From a virus, in the IMG/VR virus record IMGVR_UViG_3300017917_003843, positions 4,440 to 68,439 of that record: a stretch of 64,000 nt of DNA. One strand, 5' to 3'. Numbering within the stretch: position 1 is the first letter of the stretch; the number at the start of each line of letters is the position of its first letter. Below the pieces are notes generated by a model. The model saw nothing but the letters and a program-made list of their open reading frames with translations. It was not told the DNA's origin and searched no databases. The position numbers and the translations under genes are program-made. This document shows positions 29,634-40,800 of the stretch, piece by piece.

Positions 29634-30428
29634 TTAAGAATTAGTTTCAATTTTAACGAATGTAGGTAAAGTTTCGGTTGCTGGTTTAGCATCTGGATTT
29701 TCTAAATGGTAAATATCTTTAACTTTTAAAAACATTTCAAAATTACGATCAATATCATCTATTTCTTTTAATTGCCATCCTTTACCTTGAATTTTTTTAC
29801 CGCTTTTATCTTCACCACGAGTTGATGTTTTTAACCAAAGAATACCAGTACGTTCAATTTTTTCATTATGTGTTTCATTCCATGCTTTAGCATACGATGC
29901 TAATTGCAAATCATATGATGTATGTAATGAATTAGACGTTTTATTATCTAATAACCATAATTGATTATTTAAACGACAAACAATATCATTTGTACCAGCA
30001 TACTCGTGTTCGTCTGAAAATAAATGATATTCGGTTGCTACTAATTCTGGTTTGTAAGTATTCCAAAAATCAGCGAATTTTAAAATCATTTTCCAAACGT
30101 CTAAGTTATATTGAACGTTTCCAAATGAGTCAATCCAATTAATTTCTTCACCGTTTAAAAATGAATCAATAGCATTGTGTACTTGAGTACCTTCGGCAGC
30201 AGCTTTAGCAGCAATAATATCTGAATTATGTCCTACATCTTTTAACCATGAATGAAAAAATTGATTTTTAGGAAAATAATTTAATATAGACGTTACGGAT
30301 GGATAATATTTATCATTTCGTTTATAAAAACGTTGATCTAATACATCTACACGTTTATCACCCTCGTTATATTCAACAATACGTTTAATTTTGGGGTCTT
30401 TAATAATGTTTGAGTTTTTATCTATCAT
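29634..30428 (-). CDS. PD-(D/E)XK exonuclease (Cas4/RecB-like)
   Basis: YPSVTSIL, GTQVH, YAGTND, LLDNKTS, QLASY. Confidence 0.85.
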   Translation of the reverse strand: MIDKNSNIIKDPKIKRIVEYNEGDKRVDVLDQRFYKRNDKYYPSVTSILNYFPKNQFFHSWLKDVGHNSDIIAAKAAAEGTQVHNAIDSFLNGEEINWIDSFGNVQYNLDVWKMILKFADFWNTYKPELVATEYHLFSDEHEYAGTNDIVCRLNNQLWLLDNKTSNSLHTSYDLQLASYAKAWNETHNEKIERTGILWLKTSTRGEDKSGKKIQGKGWQLKEIDDIDRNFEMFLKVKDIYHLENPDAKPATETLPTFVKIETNS

Positions 30429-31378
30429 AATAAGCTTAATTTTTTGTTTACAAGTGATGAAAATGTAACCGGTTCAGTATTTTCAATGATATTAAGAAAA
30501 TTTTCAAATCCAATCTCATTTGCATCTTTTCCATCTAATTCAACTAGATATACTTCTTTACCAAACGACATTAATTTTTCACAATGTTTTAATGCTTCAC
30601 GCAATGCGTCATTATCTAAAGCAACGTATATTTTTTGTACTTGGGAACTAACAATTTTCTTCATTAGTTCTTCTGAAATTGTTTTACCAAATAATGGTAT
30701 GACGTTACGTTTAATAGTTAATGCGTCAAATATACCTTCAACTAATATAATAGGTGTATTCCAATTAATATAATATTCCCAACCAATTGTATTTTTTCCT
30801 ACTGGTGGGTTTTTATATTTTTGTGATTCATCTGGGATATATGTTCGGGTAACAAAATAATTTAAATTACCATCAGCATCATAAGAGGGGACAATAATTC
30901 TATGATTAAAACTACCTTCTACACAAAATCCAATATTATATTTAAAAATATCGTCCTCAGTGATTTTACGGTTTTTCAAAAATTTAATCGCGTGTTTTGC
31001 TTCAATCTTACTAACGCTATCTAAATTATTAATTTGAGATAAGGGAATAAATTCTTTAGGTAAAGCTAATGTTTGAAACTGTTCAACTTGTTTAGTACCC
31101 GGTTTAATTAATGAATTTAATTCTTGTATTTTAGAAGACGGTGCTTTTAATTTTTTAAATAATGAAATTAGTGTTTTACCTTTCTCACCGCAAACCCACC
31201 AATGCCATGGGTTTTCCTTTTTTTCATTAGTATGTATTTGGATTTCTAATTTTGGTTTTGAATGATTACAAAACGGACAATGAAATGCGGTATTATTACG
31301 AGCGGTAGAACGCCCTTTTCCCATTACCGATTCTATTAACCCAACCAATATTTTTTCCCTCATTCCTTCCTCGTTCAT
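30425..31378 (-). CDS. DNA primase (Zn finger + TOPRIM)
   Basis: CPFC Zn finger, RIIVP, KYKNP, LVEGIFDA, ALDND, KDANE. Confidence 0.85.
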   Translation of the reverse strand: MNEEGMREKILVGLIESVMGKGRSTARNNTAFHCPFCNHSKPKLEIQIHTNEKKENPWHWWVCGEKGKTLISLFKKLKAPSSKIQELNSLIKPGTKQVEQFQTLALPKEFIPLSQINNLDSVSKIEAKHAIKFLKNRKITEDDIFKYNIGFCVEGSFNHRIIVPSYDADGNLNYFVTRTYIPDESQKYKNPPVGKNTIGWEYYINWNTPIILVEGIFDALTIKRNVIPLFGKTISEELMKKIVSSQVQKIYVALDNDALREALKHCEKLMSFGKEVYLVELDGKDANEIGFENFLNIIENTEPVTFSSLVNKKLSLL

Positions 31379-31593
31379 CTTTAATATTTTAAACGTTTAA
31401 ACATTTTTCCCACTTTTAATGGGGGTAAAGTTAATGGAAATTCTTTAGGTTTCCAAATGTGTATTAAAAATAAATTATAATAAAATACTAGGTGTAGTGT
31501 GGATTTTTTTACGAATATTTGGATAATTATATAACATTTTGTAGGTTTAGCAAAAAGGTACAATACGTATAAACAAACAAATAAAATAACATT

Positions 31594-31755
31594 ATGCCAT
31601 TATTAGCAATCTCATTATTAATTAGTACATTATTTAGCGCGGTTTTAGTCAAATTTGACAATACTGAACGTAAAACTAAACAACCTATTTCAAACCGTCG
31701 TCATGCTGGGGGAAGAAATGGTTTATTAGATTTGAATAAAGATCTATCTGTTTAG
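31594..31755 (+). CDS. 53-aa plus-strand protein with hydrophobic N-terminus (not in ORF track)
   Basis: A-rich leader aaacaaataaaataacatt then MPLLAISLLISTLFSAVLVKF...; fills an intergenic gap. Confidence 0.45.
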   Translation: MPLLAISLLISTLFSAVLVKFDNTERKTKQPISNRRHAGGRNGLLDLNKDLSV

Positions 31756-31763
31756 TAGAATAG

Positions 31764-32213
31764 TTATCCTTGTAAATCTTTACGATAAAATTTTCCTAAT
31801 ATATTATCGTTTATGTAACGATCATCTTCTAAAACGTTGTATTGAAATAACATTTTAGTTTCCCAATATGTTAATTCTTTTTTATTTTTACAAAGTTTTA
31901 ACACATAACGATTCATTTCATCTTTAGGTAATACTTTTATTTCAGCGGCTGAACCATAATATGTTTTCCAGTCGCTTTCTTTTACTATTTGTTTTTTAGT
32001 AGGTTTTTTACCTCTAGCAATAGGAAGCTCAGCTAATTCTTTTTTACCTAATTTCTTATTTGTAGTGTGAAAGAAATTTTTCTTACCAATATATTGACGT
32101 CCTGTAGGAATATGGTGTGTTATATAGATATAACCAATATATTCGTCAATATTAAAATTAGGATCATTGATTAAATCCTCTACTGTAGTAGTAGAATTTA
32201 TTACTTGTAACAT
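31764..32213 (-). CDS. GIY-YIG-like nuclease-family protein
   Basis: GYIYIT...QYIGKK...WKTYYGS...E...YINDN. Confidence 0.7.
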   Translation of the reverse strand: MLQVINSTTTVEDLINDPNFNIDEYIGYIYITHHIPTGRQYIGKKNFFHTTNKKLGKKELAELPIARGKKPTKKQIVKESDWKTYYGSAAEIKVLPKDEMNRYVLKLCKNKKELTYWETKMLFQYNVLEDDRYINDNILGKFYRKDLQG

Positions 32214-32227
32214 AACTATATTTTATT

Positions 32228-32575
32228 TTATTTATCGTATTTAACTATAAAAGTCATATCCGTATTTTGAGACAAAGGAAGTGGTTGAGAAAATTTAGCA
32301 ACTGCTAATAAATCATCTTGTTCATTGTATAAACCAATTGTTGTAACATATGGTTCAAAATAAGAGGCAGTAGCAAAATATTTTACTTCAGGTATAGGAG
32401 TAGAAAATGATTGACTTATAAATCCACTACCACTCATTATATTAGATTGAAGTAAAGTTGGGTTATAAGATAAATTAAATTCATTATCCTTAACATGACA
32501 AATCACGTTTTGCTCGTATATTATTACTTCATTTTGAAATGATAGACTAAAATTTGAGGCTTGAGCTACTGGCAT
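32228..32575 (-). CDS. Baseplate/tail structural protein (C-terminal-half paralogue of 36159-37181)
   Basis: EFNLSYNP, YVTTIGLYNEQDDLLAVAK. Confidence 0.7.
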   Translation of the reverse strand: MPVAQASNFSLSFQNEVIIYEQNVICHVKDNEFNLSYNPTLLQSNIMSGSGFISQSFSTPIPEVKYFATASYFEPYVTTIGLYNEQDDLLAVAKFSQPLPLSQNTDMTFIVKYDK

Positions 32576-32597
32576 TATTTATTATTTAATATAAATA

Positions 32598-33335
32598 TTA
32601 ACAAGTAAATCCGGTCAATACTACTGCTGGGTTGGTACAACTTACAATACATGCTGATCCAATTGGTTCTGGATCATTTCCACCAATATATGTACTACCT
32701 GTACCTATGTTACTCCCAGCAGGTACGGTTACAGATACATTAACTACACCAAAAGAAACAGTCACATTTATTGAAAATGTGGAATTTATAGATACATTAC
32801 TTGAAAGTGTAATATAACCATCAACATAAACATTAGAACCAAATCCTGAAAAACCACCACCCACAACTGATACTGAAACTGGAGGGAGAGTAGATGGGGT
32901 TAGAGATGGTGTTCTACTAGGTGTTGGACTAGGAGAACCTCCACCTGGGGTTAGAGATGGTGTTCTACTAGGAGTTATACTAATAGAGGGTGTTAATGAA
33001 GCACCTGGTGTTTTAGATATTGTTATAGAAGGTGTTATACTAGGACTAACTGTTATAGAAGGTGTTACACTTGGAGTTACACTAACACTATTAGTAACAG
33101 TTGGAGTAGGTGTTGGAAATGGTAAATTTTCCTCGGTAACACACCCGTAAGCTACATTACTTATAACAACCGATGAAGACGGTATCCCATTTGGAAAACT
33201 AATAAAATATCCGGATTCTAACTGTGTTTTTGTAACATTAGCAGCATAAAGAGTCAACCCACTACTTCCAGATAAATAAACATTAAATGGACCAGGAGTA
33301 TTTCCTTCAATATAACTTATGGTGTATTCGGGCAT
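32598..33335 (-). CDS. Structural protein with TPS mucin-like linker
   Basis: Two small beta domains separated by a TPS tract; late motif upstream. Confidence 0.7.
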   Translation of the reverse strand: MPEYTISYIEGNTPGPFNVYLSGSSGLTLYAANVTKTQLESGYFISFPNGIPSSSVVISNVAYGCVTEENLPFPTPTPTVTNSVSVTPSVTPSITVSPSITPSITISKTPGASLTPSISITPSRTPSLTPGGGSPSPTPSRTPSLTPSTLPPVSVSVVGGGFSGFGSNVYVDGYITLSSNVSINSTFSINVTVSFGVVNVSVTVPAGSNIGTGSTYIGGNDPEPIGSACIVSCTNPAVVLTGFTC

Positions 33336-33362
33336 ATACTATTTTAATATAAATATTCTATT

Positions 33363-36137
33363 TTAATAAGCATTACAAGCATCTTCACAACTTGATGATT
33401 GTGTGTATATATAAGGATCAACATCTATATCATAAGATGGACCTGATGTTGACCCAAAAGTTTGATATGATTTACTACCATCAGAATACCAAGACCCGTT
33501 ACTTAAAGCATTGGTAGAACGTAATATAACTGTTAATCCATCATCTGTACAAGGATTTCCACCATTACAAGTACTACGATAAGCCTGAGTATAATAATAA
33601 CCAGGAGGTGATGTTGATGGTGTTACACTAGCGGCCGGTGTATTACTTACTGCGGGTGTTGGACTAACAGATGGTGTATTACTTGCTGCAGGTGTTGGTG
33701 AAGGTGTAGCCGATGGTGGTGTACAACTTGTTGCTGTAATTGAATTTAAAGTAAATGAGTGAGCTTGAGTAAATGTTGTTTCAACATATTTTCTAGTTCC
33801 AAAATCACCATTAACAAAAGCATAAATACCCGAACCAATAGTACTACTATAATCAGTAGTAGTTCTATAAACTACACCATCGAATGCATTACAGTTAACA
33901 TTAGTATCATATACTAAGTAATAATAATAAGTTACTGATGGTGTTACAGTAGGTGTTGGTGTTACACTACTAGCTGGAGTAACAGAAATACTAGGTGTAT
34001 TACTTATACTAACAGATGGTGTTACACTAATACTAGGAGTTACACTAATACTTGGAGTATTACTTATACTAACAGATGGCGTTACACTAATACTAGGTGT
34101 ATTAGAGATACTAATAGATGGTGTTGGTGATGGTGATGGGTTTATAGGAATACAAGATGTATTACTTATATTAGTATAAACAAAAGTATTATTAGTAGAA
34201 TTATAAGTAAAATATCCTACTTTATCATAAACTCCAACAGCTGAACAAACTTTAGATATAGTATCTGTATAACCTGCTTCAGAAGATGATACTCCAAAAT
34301 TTACTCCATTATTAGCTGGTATATCTATTAAACTTTGGGTTTTATTAGAATTACGTACTGTTACACTTCCTGTTTGAAGAGTTGATAACCTAGCACCATG
34401 TAAGTCAAAAGTAAATATTGTAGTTGAAGGATAATCAGTTCTCAATAATTGAGTGTTAATACCAAATCTATAAAATCTAGTAGCAGGTGATACTAAAACA
34501 GAAGCAGAATACCCAGCAATCATATAACTAGCAGTTGCTGATAGTGAACTTGTTGGTATATGACTTGAAGCACTAATAGGAGATATCATAATATATGATC
34601 CACTAGCTTCAACTCCACTAGTTGCTTGATATAATCTAAAATCAAAAGTATCTTCACCAGTATCACTATATATTACGTCAATAAATGAAGATCCTATAAG
34701 AGGAGGAGTAACAGATGGTGTTATACTTGGTGTTGTACTAATAGTAGGTGTTATACTAATACTAGGTGTATTACTTATACTAATAGACGGTGTTACGCTA
34801 ATACTTGGAGTATTAGAAATACTAATACTAGGAGTTACACTAATACTTGGAGTATTACTTATACTAACAGATGGTGTAATTGAAATACTTGGGGTATTAG
34901 AGATACTAATAGATGGTGTTGTACTAACACCTGGTGTATTAGAAATACTAATACTAGGAGTTACACTAGGAGTAATAGAAGGTGTTACACTAACACTAGG
35001 TGTTTTACTAATTGAAATACTTGGACTAATACTTGGGCTAATAGTAATACTAGGTGTTAAACTTGCTCCTGGTGTTTTACTTATACTAATAGTAGGTGTA
35101 ACGCTTGGAGTAATTGAAATACTAGGTGTTATACTAGGACTAATTGAAATACTAGGTGTAACAGATGGTGTTACACTTGGTGTAACAGAAACACTAATAG
35201 ATGGTGTTATACTAACCGTTGGTAAAAAAGTAGCAAGAGTTGCTTCAAATTCACAATCAGGATCAGTTACATTTACAGTTATTCTAGCTATATTACTTCT
35301 TAAATTTCCACAATAAGAACCTGTTACTAAAAATGAATAATCAGTTGTATAAGTACCTACACCTAATCCACTAAAGGACATTGAAATTGTATTATTAGAT
35401 CCTGTTCTAAAAAAATCACCAGTACTATTAGATAAACTAATAGATTGATTAACTAAGGTATTTCCTCGTAAATCATCATTAGTAAGAGGTGATATAGATA
35501 AAGTAACTGGATTATTATAGTTACTTCTTATAATTGTAATAGTATCATCATAAGCAACTGGGGGTAAAGGAAATATTGATTGATAATCAGTATTAGTAAT
35601 TACAATTATACCTTCAGGATAAAATATATTTCCTACGTGAGTTGTATTATCATATACATTTCCTTTTCCATCATCTCTTAAATTATAAGTAGATGAACTC
35701 ATTTGAAGACTATAAGGTAAAACTCTTTGCCCGTATATATTTGGAGAAATAGAAATAACCTTAATAGTAGCATTAGATGCTGTTGGGAAATAAGGAATAA
35801 ACGCTGGGTCGTTATTAAAATTAAAATATGAAGCTGTAGGTCTTAACCCACTAGCTGATTCATAATATAAGGAAGAAGCCAATGACGCTGTGGATAAACT
35901 ACCCGAGTATTGGTGATAAAATAATTGATTTATCTGAGTGTATGTTAATCTATCATAACGTCCATTAGTTATTGCTTCTCCTCCAGGAGTAAATGATCCT
36001 GTTAAATTAATACCATTATATACATTAATATAAGAATCATCTACGGGAAGTGGGCAATAGTTAAAATTCCAACTTTTATTTGCTACAACAGGTACTGTTA
36101 TAACATCCGAAGATTTTAACTTTTTGAATGATCCCAT
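33363..36137 (-). CDS. Tail/baseplate structural protein with long TPS mucin-like tracts
   Basis: DDGKGN...VGNIFYPEGIIVIT N-domain, Ig-like PVAYDD domain, three TPS tracts, Cys-containing small domains. Confidence 0.75.
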   Translation of the reverse strand: MGSFKKLKSSDVITVPVVANKSWNFNYCPLPVDDSYINVYNGINLTGSFTPGGEAITNGRYDRLTYTQINQLFYHQYSGSLSTASLASSLYYESASGLRPTASYFNFNNDPAFIPYFPTASNATIKVISISPNIYGQRVLPYSLQMSSSTYNLRDDGKGNVYDNTTHVGNIFYPEGIIVITNTDYQSIFPLPPVAYDDTITIIRSNYNNPVTLSISPLTNDDLRGNTLVNQSISLSNSTGDFFRTGSNNTISMSFSGLGVGTYTTDYSFLVTGSYCGNLRSNIARITVNVTDPDCEFEATLATFLPTVSITPSISVSVTPSVTPSVTPSISISPSITPSISITPSVTPTISISKTPGASLTPSITISPSISPSISISKTPSVSVTPSITPSVTPSISISNTPGVSTTPSISISNTPSISITPSVSISNTPSISVTPSISISNTPSISVTPSISISNTPSISITPTISTTPSITPSVTPPLIGSSFIDVIYSDTGEDTFDFRLYQATSGVEASGSYIMISPISASSHIPTSSLSATASYMIAGYSASVLVSPATRFYRFGINTQLLRTDYPSTTIFTFDLHGARLSTLQTGSVTVRNSNKTQSLIDIPANNGVNFGVSSSEAGYTDTISKVCSAVGVYDKVGYFTYNSTNNTFVYTNISNTSCIPINPSPSPTPSISISNTPSISVTPSVSISNTPSISVTPSISVTPSVSISNTPSISVTPASSVTPTPTVTPSVTYYYYLVYDTNVNCNAFDGVVYRTTTDYSSTIGSGIYAFVNGDFGTRKYVETTFTQAHSFTLNSITATSCTPPSATPSPTPAASNTPSVSPTPAVSNTPAASVTPSTSPPGYYYTQAYRSTCNGGNPCTDDGLTVILRSTNALSNGSWYSDGSKSYQTFGSTSGPSYDIDVDPYIYTQSSSCEDACNAY

Positions 36138-36158
36138 TTAATAACACTATTATCTATA

Positions 36159-37181
36159 TTAATAATCTAATTTTACTTTAATTAAAGCTTCTTTAGTAAA
36201 GTCTTTGGTTAATGGTCTACTTAATTTAGCAACCGCTAACAATTCATTACTATCATTATATAAACCAACAGTTGTAATAAATGTTTGAGGATTATTAATT
36301 AAAGTTGTATAAAGTAAATTACCATTTGAATCTATAATTGATGGATTAGTAGTATAGTTAAAATCTTGGTTTTTTACTCGTGTAAAAAAGTAATGAGAAG
36401 ACACATTTTCAGCAGATTGTAATCCAAAATAAGCACTTCCTGATATTAAATTATAAATACCAGTTGGGATATTACTATTAGTACCTGGAGCAGCTACAGT
36501 TGGGTTATATGCAATACCACCATTTGCTACTGATTTACTCAAGGCTGTTGGGTTTAATAATATGATATCATTATCTGGAAATAAGTATCCGTAAACAGAA
36601 GCAGAAGTAGCAGCAGTATATGCTGTACCTGCACTACCACTAATTAAAGTATAATATTGGGTTCCACCTGTTGTATAATTACTAGTAGTACTAATTTGAC
36701 TATTATCCGTTAATAAAACTTCAGCAGCACCATTTTTTAATTTTAAGGTCATTGAACCTGGTTGGATATGTTCTTTATAACGATTTCTAGCTATATTTAA
36801 AATATAAATACCATTTGGTGAATCTGTTCCAAAAGTAAAACTTCCACTTTCTGTACCTAACAATAATGTTCTATATTGTCCATAAACAACTCTAGAAACA
36901 GTTAGTGATGAACTATCTGGCATCCGTTGAGTTACAGCTGAATTTATATAAGTAGATCCACTACCATATAAGTTACCATACTGAATAGCAAATTGTACAG
37001 ATGATGATGTTGTTGTTAAAGCCCCTGGATATTCACTATACACATTTATATAAAATGAGCTAGTAATAACACTAGAAGTGTAATAGGTGGCTAAGATGTT
37101 AGTATCACCACTCCACATTGGTCTTACCACTGTTTCGGTACTTACTACAGAATCTTCTGGATTATATCTTACAAATGACAT
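36159..37181 (-). CDS. Baseplate/tail structural protein
   Basis: FNYTTNPS, TTVGLYNDSNELLAVAKLSRP, KVKLDY. Confidence 0.7.
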   Translation of the reverse strand: MSFVRYNPEDSVVSTETVVRPMWSGDTNILATYYTSSVITSSFYINVYSEYPGALTTTSSSVQFAIQYGNLYGSGSTYINSAVTQRMPDSSSLTVSRVVYGQYRTLLLGTESGSFTFGTDSPNGIYILNIARNRYKEHIQPGSMTLKLKNGAAEVLLTDNSQISTTSNYTTGGTQYYTLISGSAGTAYTAATSASVYGYLFPDNDIILLNPTALSKSVANGGIAYNPTVAAPGTNSNIPTGIYNLISGSAYFGLQSAENVSSHYFFTRVKNQDFNYTTNPSIIDSNGNLLYTTLINNPQTFITTVGLYNDSNELLAVAKLSRPLTKDFTKEALIKVKLDY

Positions 37182-37187
37182 ATATTA

Positions 37188-37850
37188 TTAAGAGTTTGTT
37201 TTTGTAATTGTTAAAGGAATAGTAATTCTAGCGCCACTATCTCTACCTAAAACAGTAATAGTAGTTGTAATTTGATTTAAATTAGAACCAAATAATGTAT
37301 TAATAGTAGTACCTGTTAAGGTAAATGAAGTACCTACAATTGTTTGACTTACAGATGAACCAAGTGTTTGAGTAACACCTGTTGGTGTTGTTTCAGCACC
37401 TGTTATACCTGTAGAAGAAAATGTAGATAAGAATCTAACATCAGCAACTGTTACAGCATATCCATTAGCTTCAAATGTAGAAGTAGCTCCTAAATAATTT
37501 AATGTTTGAGGAGTAATAGTTAATGTAGCTCCTTGTTTTAAATTAATACTATTATAACCAACATTAATTACTGGTAGTCTAGCTGTTCCTCTAGGTAAAG
37601 TAACTAATTTATAAAGCATAATTTGAGTATCATCAGGAAAAGCTTCCATTAAAGGCATCGCTTCAATAGCTTGTCCATAAAATGCGGATCCTGAAGGATT
37701 TTGAGGGTTATATAAAGTATAATCAACCTCATCATCAGCTAAAGAAAACTGAGTAATTCTAAATGATCCATCATTTCTTGCTAATAATTCTCTACCTTTA
37801 GCTGTTAAAACTGCATCAATTGTTACAGTATTGTTATTTAAAATTGCCAT
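37188..37850 (-). CDS. Baseplate/tail structural protein
   Basis: DAVLTAKGRELLA...ITQFSLADDEVDY. Confidence 0.7.
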   Translation of the reverse strand: MAILNNNTVTIDAVLTAKGRELLARNDGSFRITQFSLADDEVDYTLYNPQNPSGSAFYGQAIEAMPLMEAFPDDTQIMLYKLVTLPRGTARLPVINVGYNSINLKQGATLTITPQTLNYLGATSTFEANGYAVTVADVRFLSTFSSTGITGAETTPTGVTQTLGSSVSQTIVGTSFTLTGTTINTLFGSNLNQITTTITVLGRDSGARITIPLTITKTNS

Positions 37851-37899
37851 TATTTTTTAATGTTTTGATTATAAATATTAATTTTTTATAAAATTTAAA

Positions 37900-40800
37900 T
37901 TATGTTGTTATTCCAACGCCTACATCTACTAATTGTTGATTAACTCTCTTATTAATATTATCAATATTATCTATTAATAAAGGACTAATATTAGATGCTA
38001 TAGCGTATCCATATGATGTTTTTCCTGGAACTTTTGAATAATTTATAATAACATTAGTTTCATCTACAACACGTTTCAAAAATAATACTTTATAATATTT
38101 GCTACAAGAATTAAAATAACCATCTATATCTTCTTTTACATAAATGTATGCTAAACTAGAGGTACCTATAAATTCAACATTATTGACAGTATATTCAGAA
38201 TAAGGTCCATTAGCATCAACTGCTTGTATTACAATTTTATCATTTGGTTGTAAATAAAATGGATATAAAATATCACCATACGTTTGATAAAGGGAACTAT
38301 ACGAAGAAGAAACAACAGAATCAAGTGGATTAAAGAAATAAGACGGACCAAAAAATGGAGATAATGAAGTATCTAAGTAAAACGCGTTTGCTGTTTGATC
38401 AAAACATACATCTATATTATTGGTAACAAGAGAATTATTAGCTGCTATAACTTTTAATATCCCATCAGCATTTAATGAAGCATTATATATTAAAGTAGGA
38501 TCTCCTGAATTTCCATCATTATCTATAAAAAATCTAAAAACAATTTTATCACCAATAGCTACATCACTTGCATTTAAATTTACAGATCTTCTAAATGTTA
38601 ATGTTTTAGTAGCTGCTGAATCTGGAGAAGGTGGTGTTATACTAGAGTATATTTTTATATTAGAGTAATTATCTGGATTATCTGTTGATTTAACCCAAAA
38701 ATATCCTAAAATATTACCTTGATAAGGATCAAATGTATCAGCATTTGGTAAATATCCTATAAATTTATATAATCTATAAGTAATATCAGCAGGACTTACT
38801 ATAAAAGTGTTAATAGGTAGAGGATCATATATTGTATTATATTCATTAACATTATACCCATTATAAAGAATAATATCATCTGATTGTTGAAGTTCAGCAA
38901 TTACTTTAGTATATCCTGTAGGTATATTTCCTATATATACTTTATAAGTTTGTGCTTGAAAACTAGCAGTAATGGCATTTGTATCTAGTTTAGTAAATGT
39001 ACCTGTTGTAGAACTACTTACCCATAACTCCATACTACCAATTACTTCTTTAGAAGTAACAGTACTAGCAGACGCACTTACTAATAAATTAAAATCATAA
39101 CTAAATTGATAATTTGATTTAGCTGGTATAGTATAATATGAAGAAGTAACTATATTTCCTCCTCCAGGGCCTGTTCCTAAACTAAAATAATTTCCAGTAG
39201 ATGAAATAGAACTTACTGTATTAAATATGTTCCATACTTCATATTTTGAACCAGTAAAACTAGAAGAAGTAAATGTACTACTACTAGGTACTAAAGTACC
39301 AGGTACTGTATACAAATTAAAAAATCTATTTAATACATTTTGAGAATCTCCACCAGGTGCAGCAAATACAGAAGATGTTATCCAATTTGCTGATTCACTT
39401 CCATATAAATAAAATACTGGGAAGTAGGAATAACCACTTTCATAAATAATTTTATTACCGTTTGTTTGAGCTTGATTAGAATATTTTTGAGAATCAAATA
39501 ATGAAATATTTAATGAATCACCTGCTTTAAAAGTATTCTGAACCTCTATCCAGTTTCTATTACGTTTATTTAATTCAGTAAAACTACCTGTATCATCTAC
39601 TAAATATTTTAAAGCAACATTACTTCTATAAGGTAAATAAACATTATCTACAACTTCAGTAAATAATCCAAGTTTTTTAACATTATAATTGATAACAGGA
39701 GATTGACCATATGAACGATCACCTATTGACCATGTGTTATATAATCTACTATATAATTGAACACCATCATATCTTGGATTTTTGTATGATGGGTTAGGTA
39801 AATATGAATCTTGAAGTTGAACAGCACCTGTTATAGAATATGATGTAAAACATCTTCCTAAATCATCTACAGAAAGTATAGGAATAACTAATTTTCTATA
39901 AGCAGATGTTAAACTTTCATCAACATTATTTTGTAAAATATTAAAATCAGAATTTATGAAGAAATTTTCATAAGCTGGAGCATTAATATTAAATATAAAA
40001 TCTGTACTACCACTAACAAATCCAGGAGGAGTATACCCTATTGAATTATTTACTAAATAAGGATTACGATTATTTACTTCAAAAACAGCATAAGTATCAA
40101 TAAATGAACCACTAATATTACCTTCATAATAAGCTTCTTTATCTCCACCTAAATAAAAATAATAAGGATCGTATATTGGTAGAATAGCAGCACCTGTAAA
40201 ATCAGCTTCCCAATCTGTACTATTAGTAAATATTGGATTATATTGAGCCACTTTAGGGCGCTCAAGTACTGGTGATTTAATAGATACTCCCGTCCATGTA
40301 TTACCACGTGCTGGGGTGAAATCTTTGATCATCTTAAATAATGAATTATCAAAGAATTGTATTAATCGTATAAATCCACCATAATCAAAAGGTTCATCAA
40401 ATGTTTGTCCAAACCAATAATCTCGTTGATAAGATAGTGAAGGATAAGTTTCTAAAGATAATGCAGTAGGATCACCAATATATTGATCTAAAACCCATGT
40501 TGGATCAACAGAAGTAATTGAAGAAGAAACAGCGGCATCAATTTGTGTTTGAGGAGAAAAAGATACATCAATAAAATGTAAATCCTGACTTTTAACTGCT
40601 CTTGATGAAGTAGTAGATGTTTCTAAACGTTTTACAGATGATAATACACTACCAGTAATAGTATTACTTCCTAAACTAATTTTATTAGTAGTATATCCTT
40701 TTAAATCTTGGTAGTCATTCATACCACCATATTCTTTAATAGGTAATATAGAACCAGTAATACCAAATACAGTAATTAATGATTGTAAACCTCCATGAGC

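Noticed and set aside
29634-30428. Cas4-like nuclease as evidence of CRISPR-Cas
   Set aside because: Solo PD-(D/E)XK exonucleases are common beside phage primases
31764-32213. GIY-YIG gene as an intron-encoded homing endonuclease
   Set aside because: Free-standing, short, no interrupted host gene or intron structure visible
828-38668. Plus-strand ORFs in the track overlapping structural and enzyme genes (828-1019, 5409-5639, 7252-7470, 10775-11113, 30444-30773, 38420-38668 and others)
   Set aside because: Antisense shadows of well-supported minus-strand genes; no leaders or recognisable motifs
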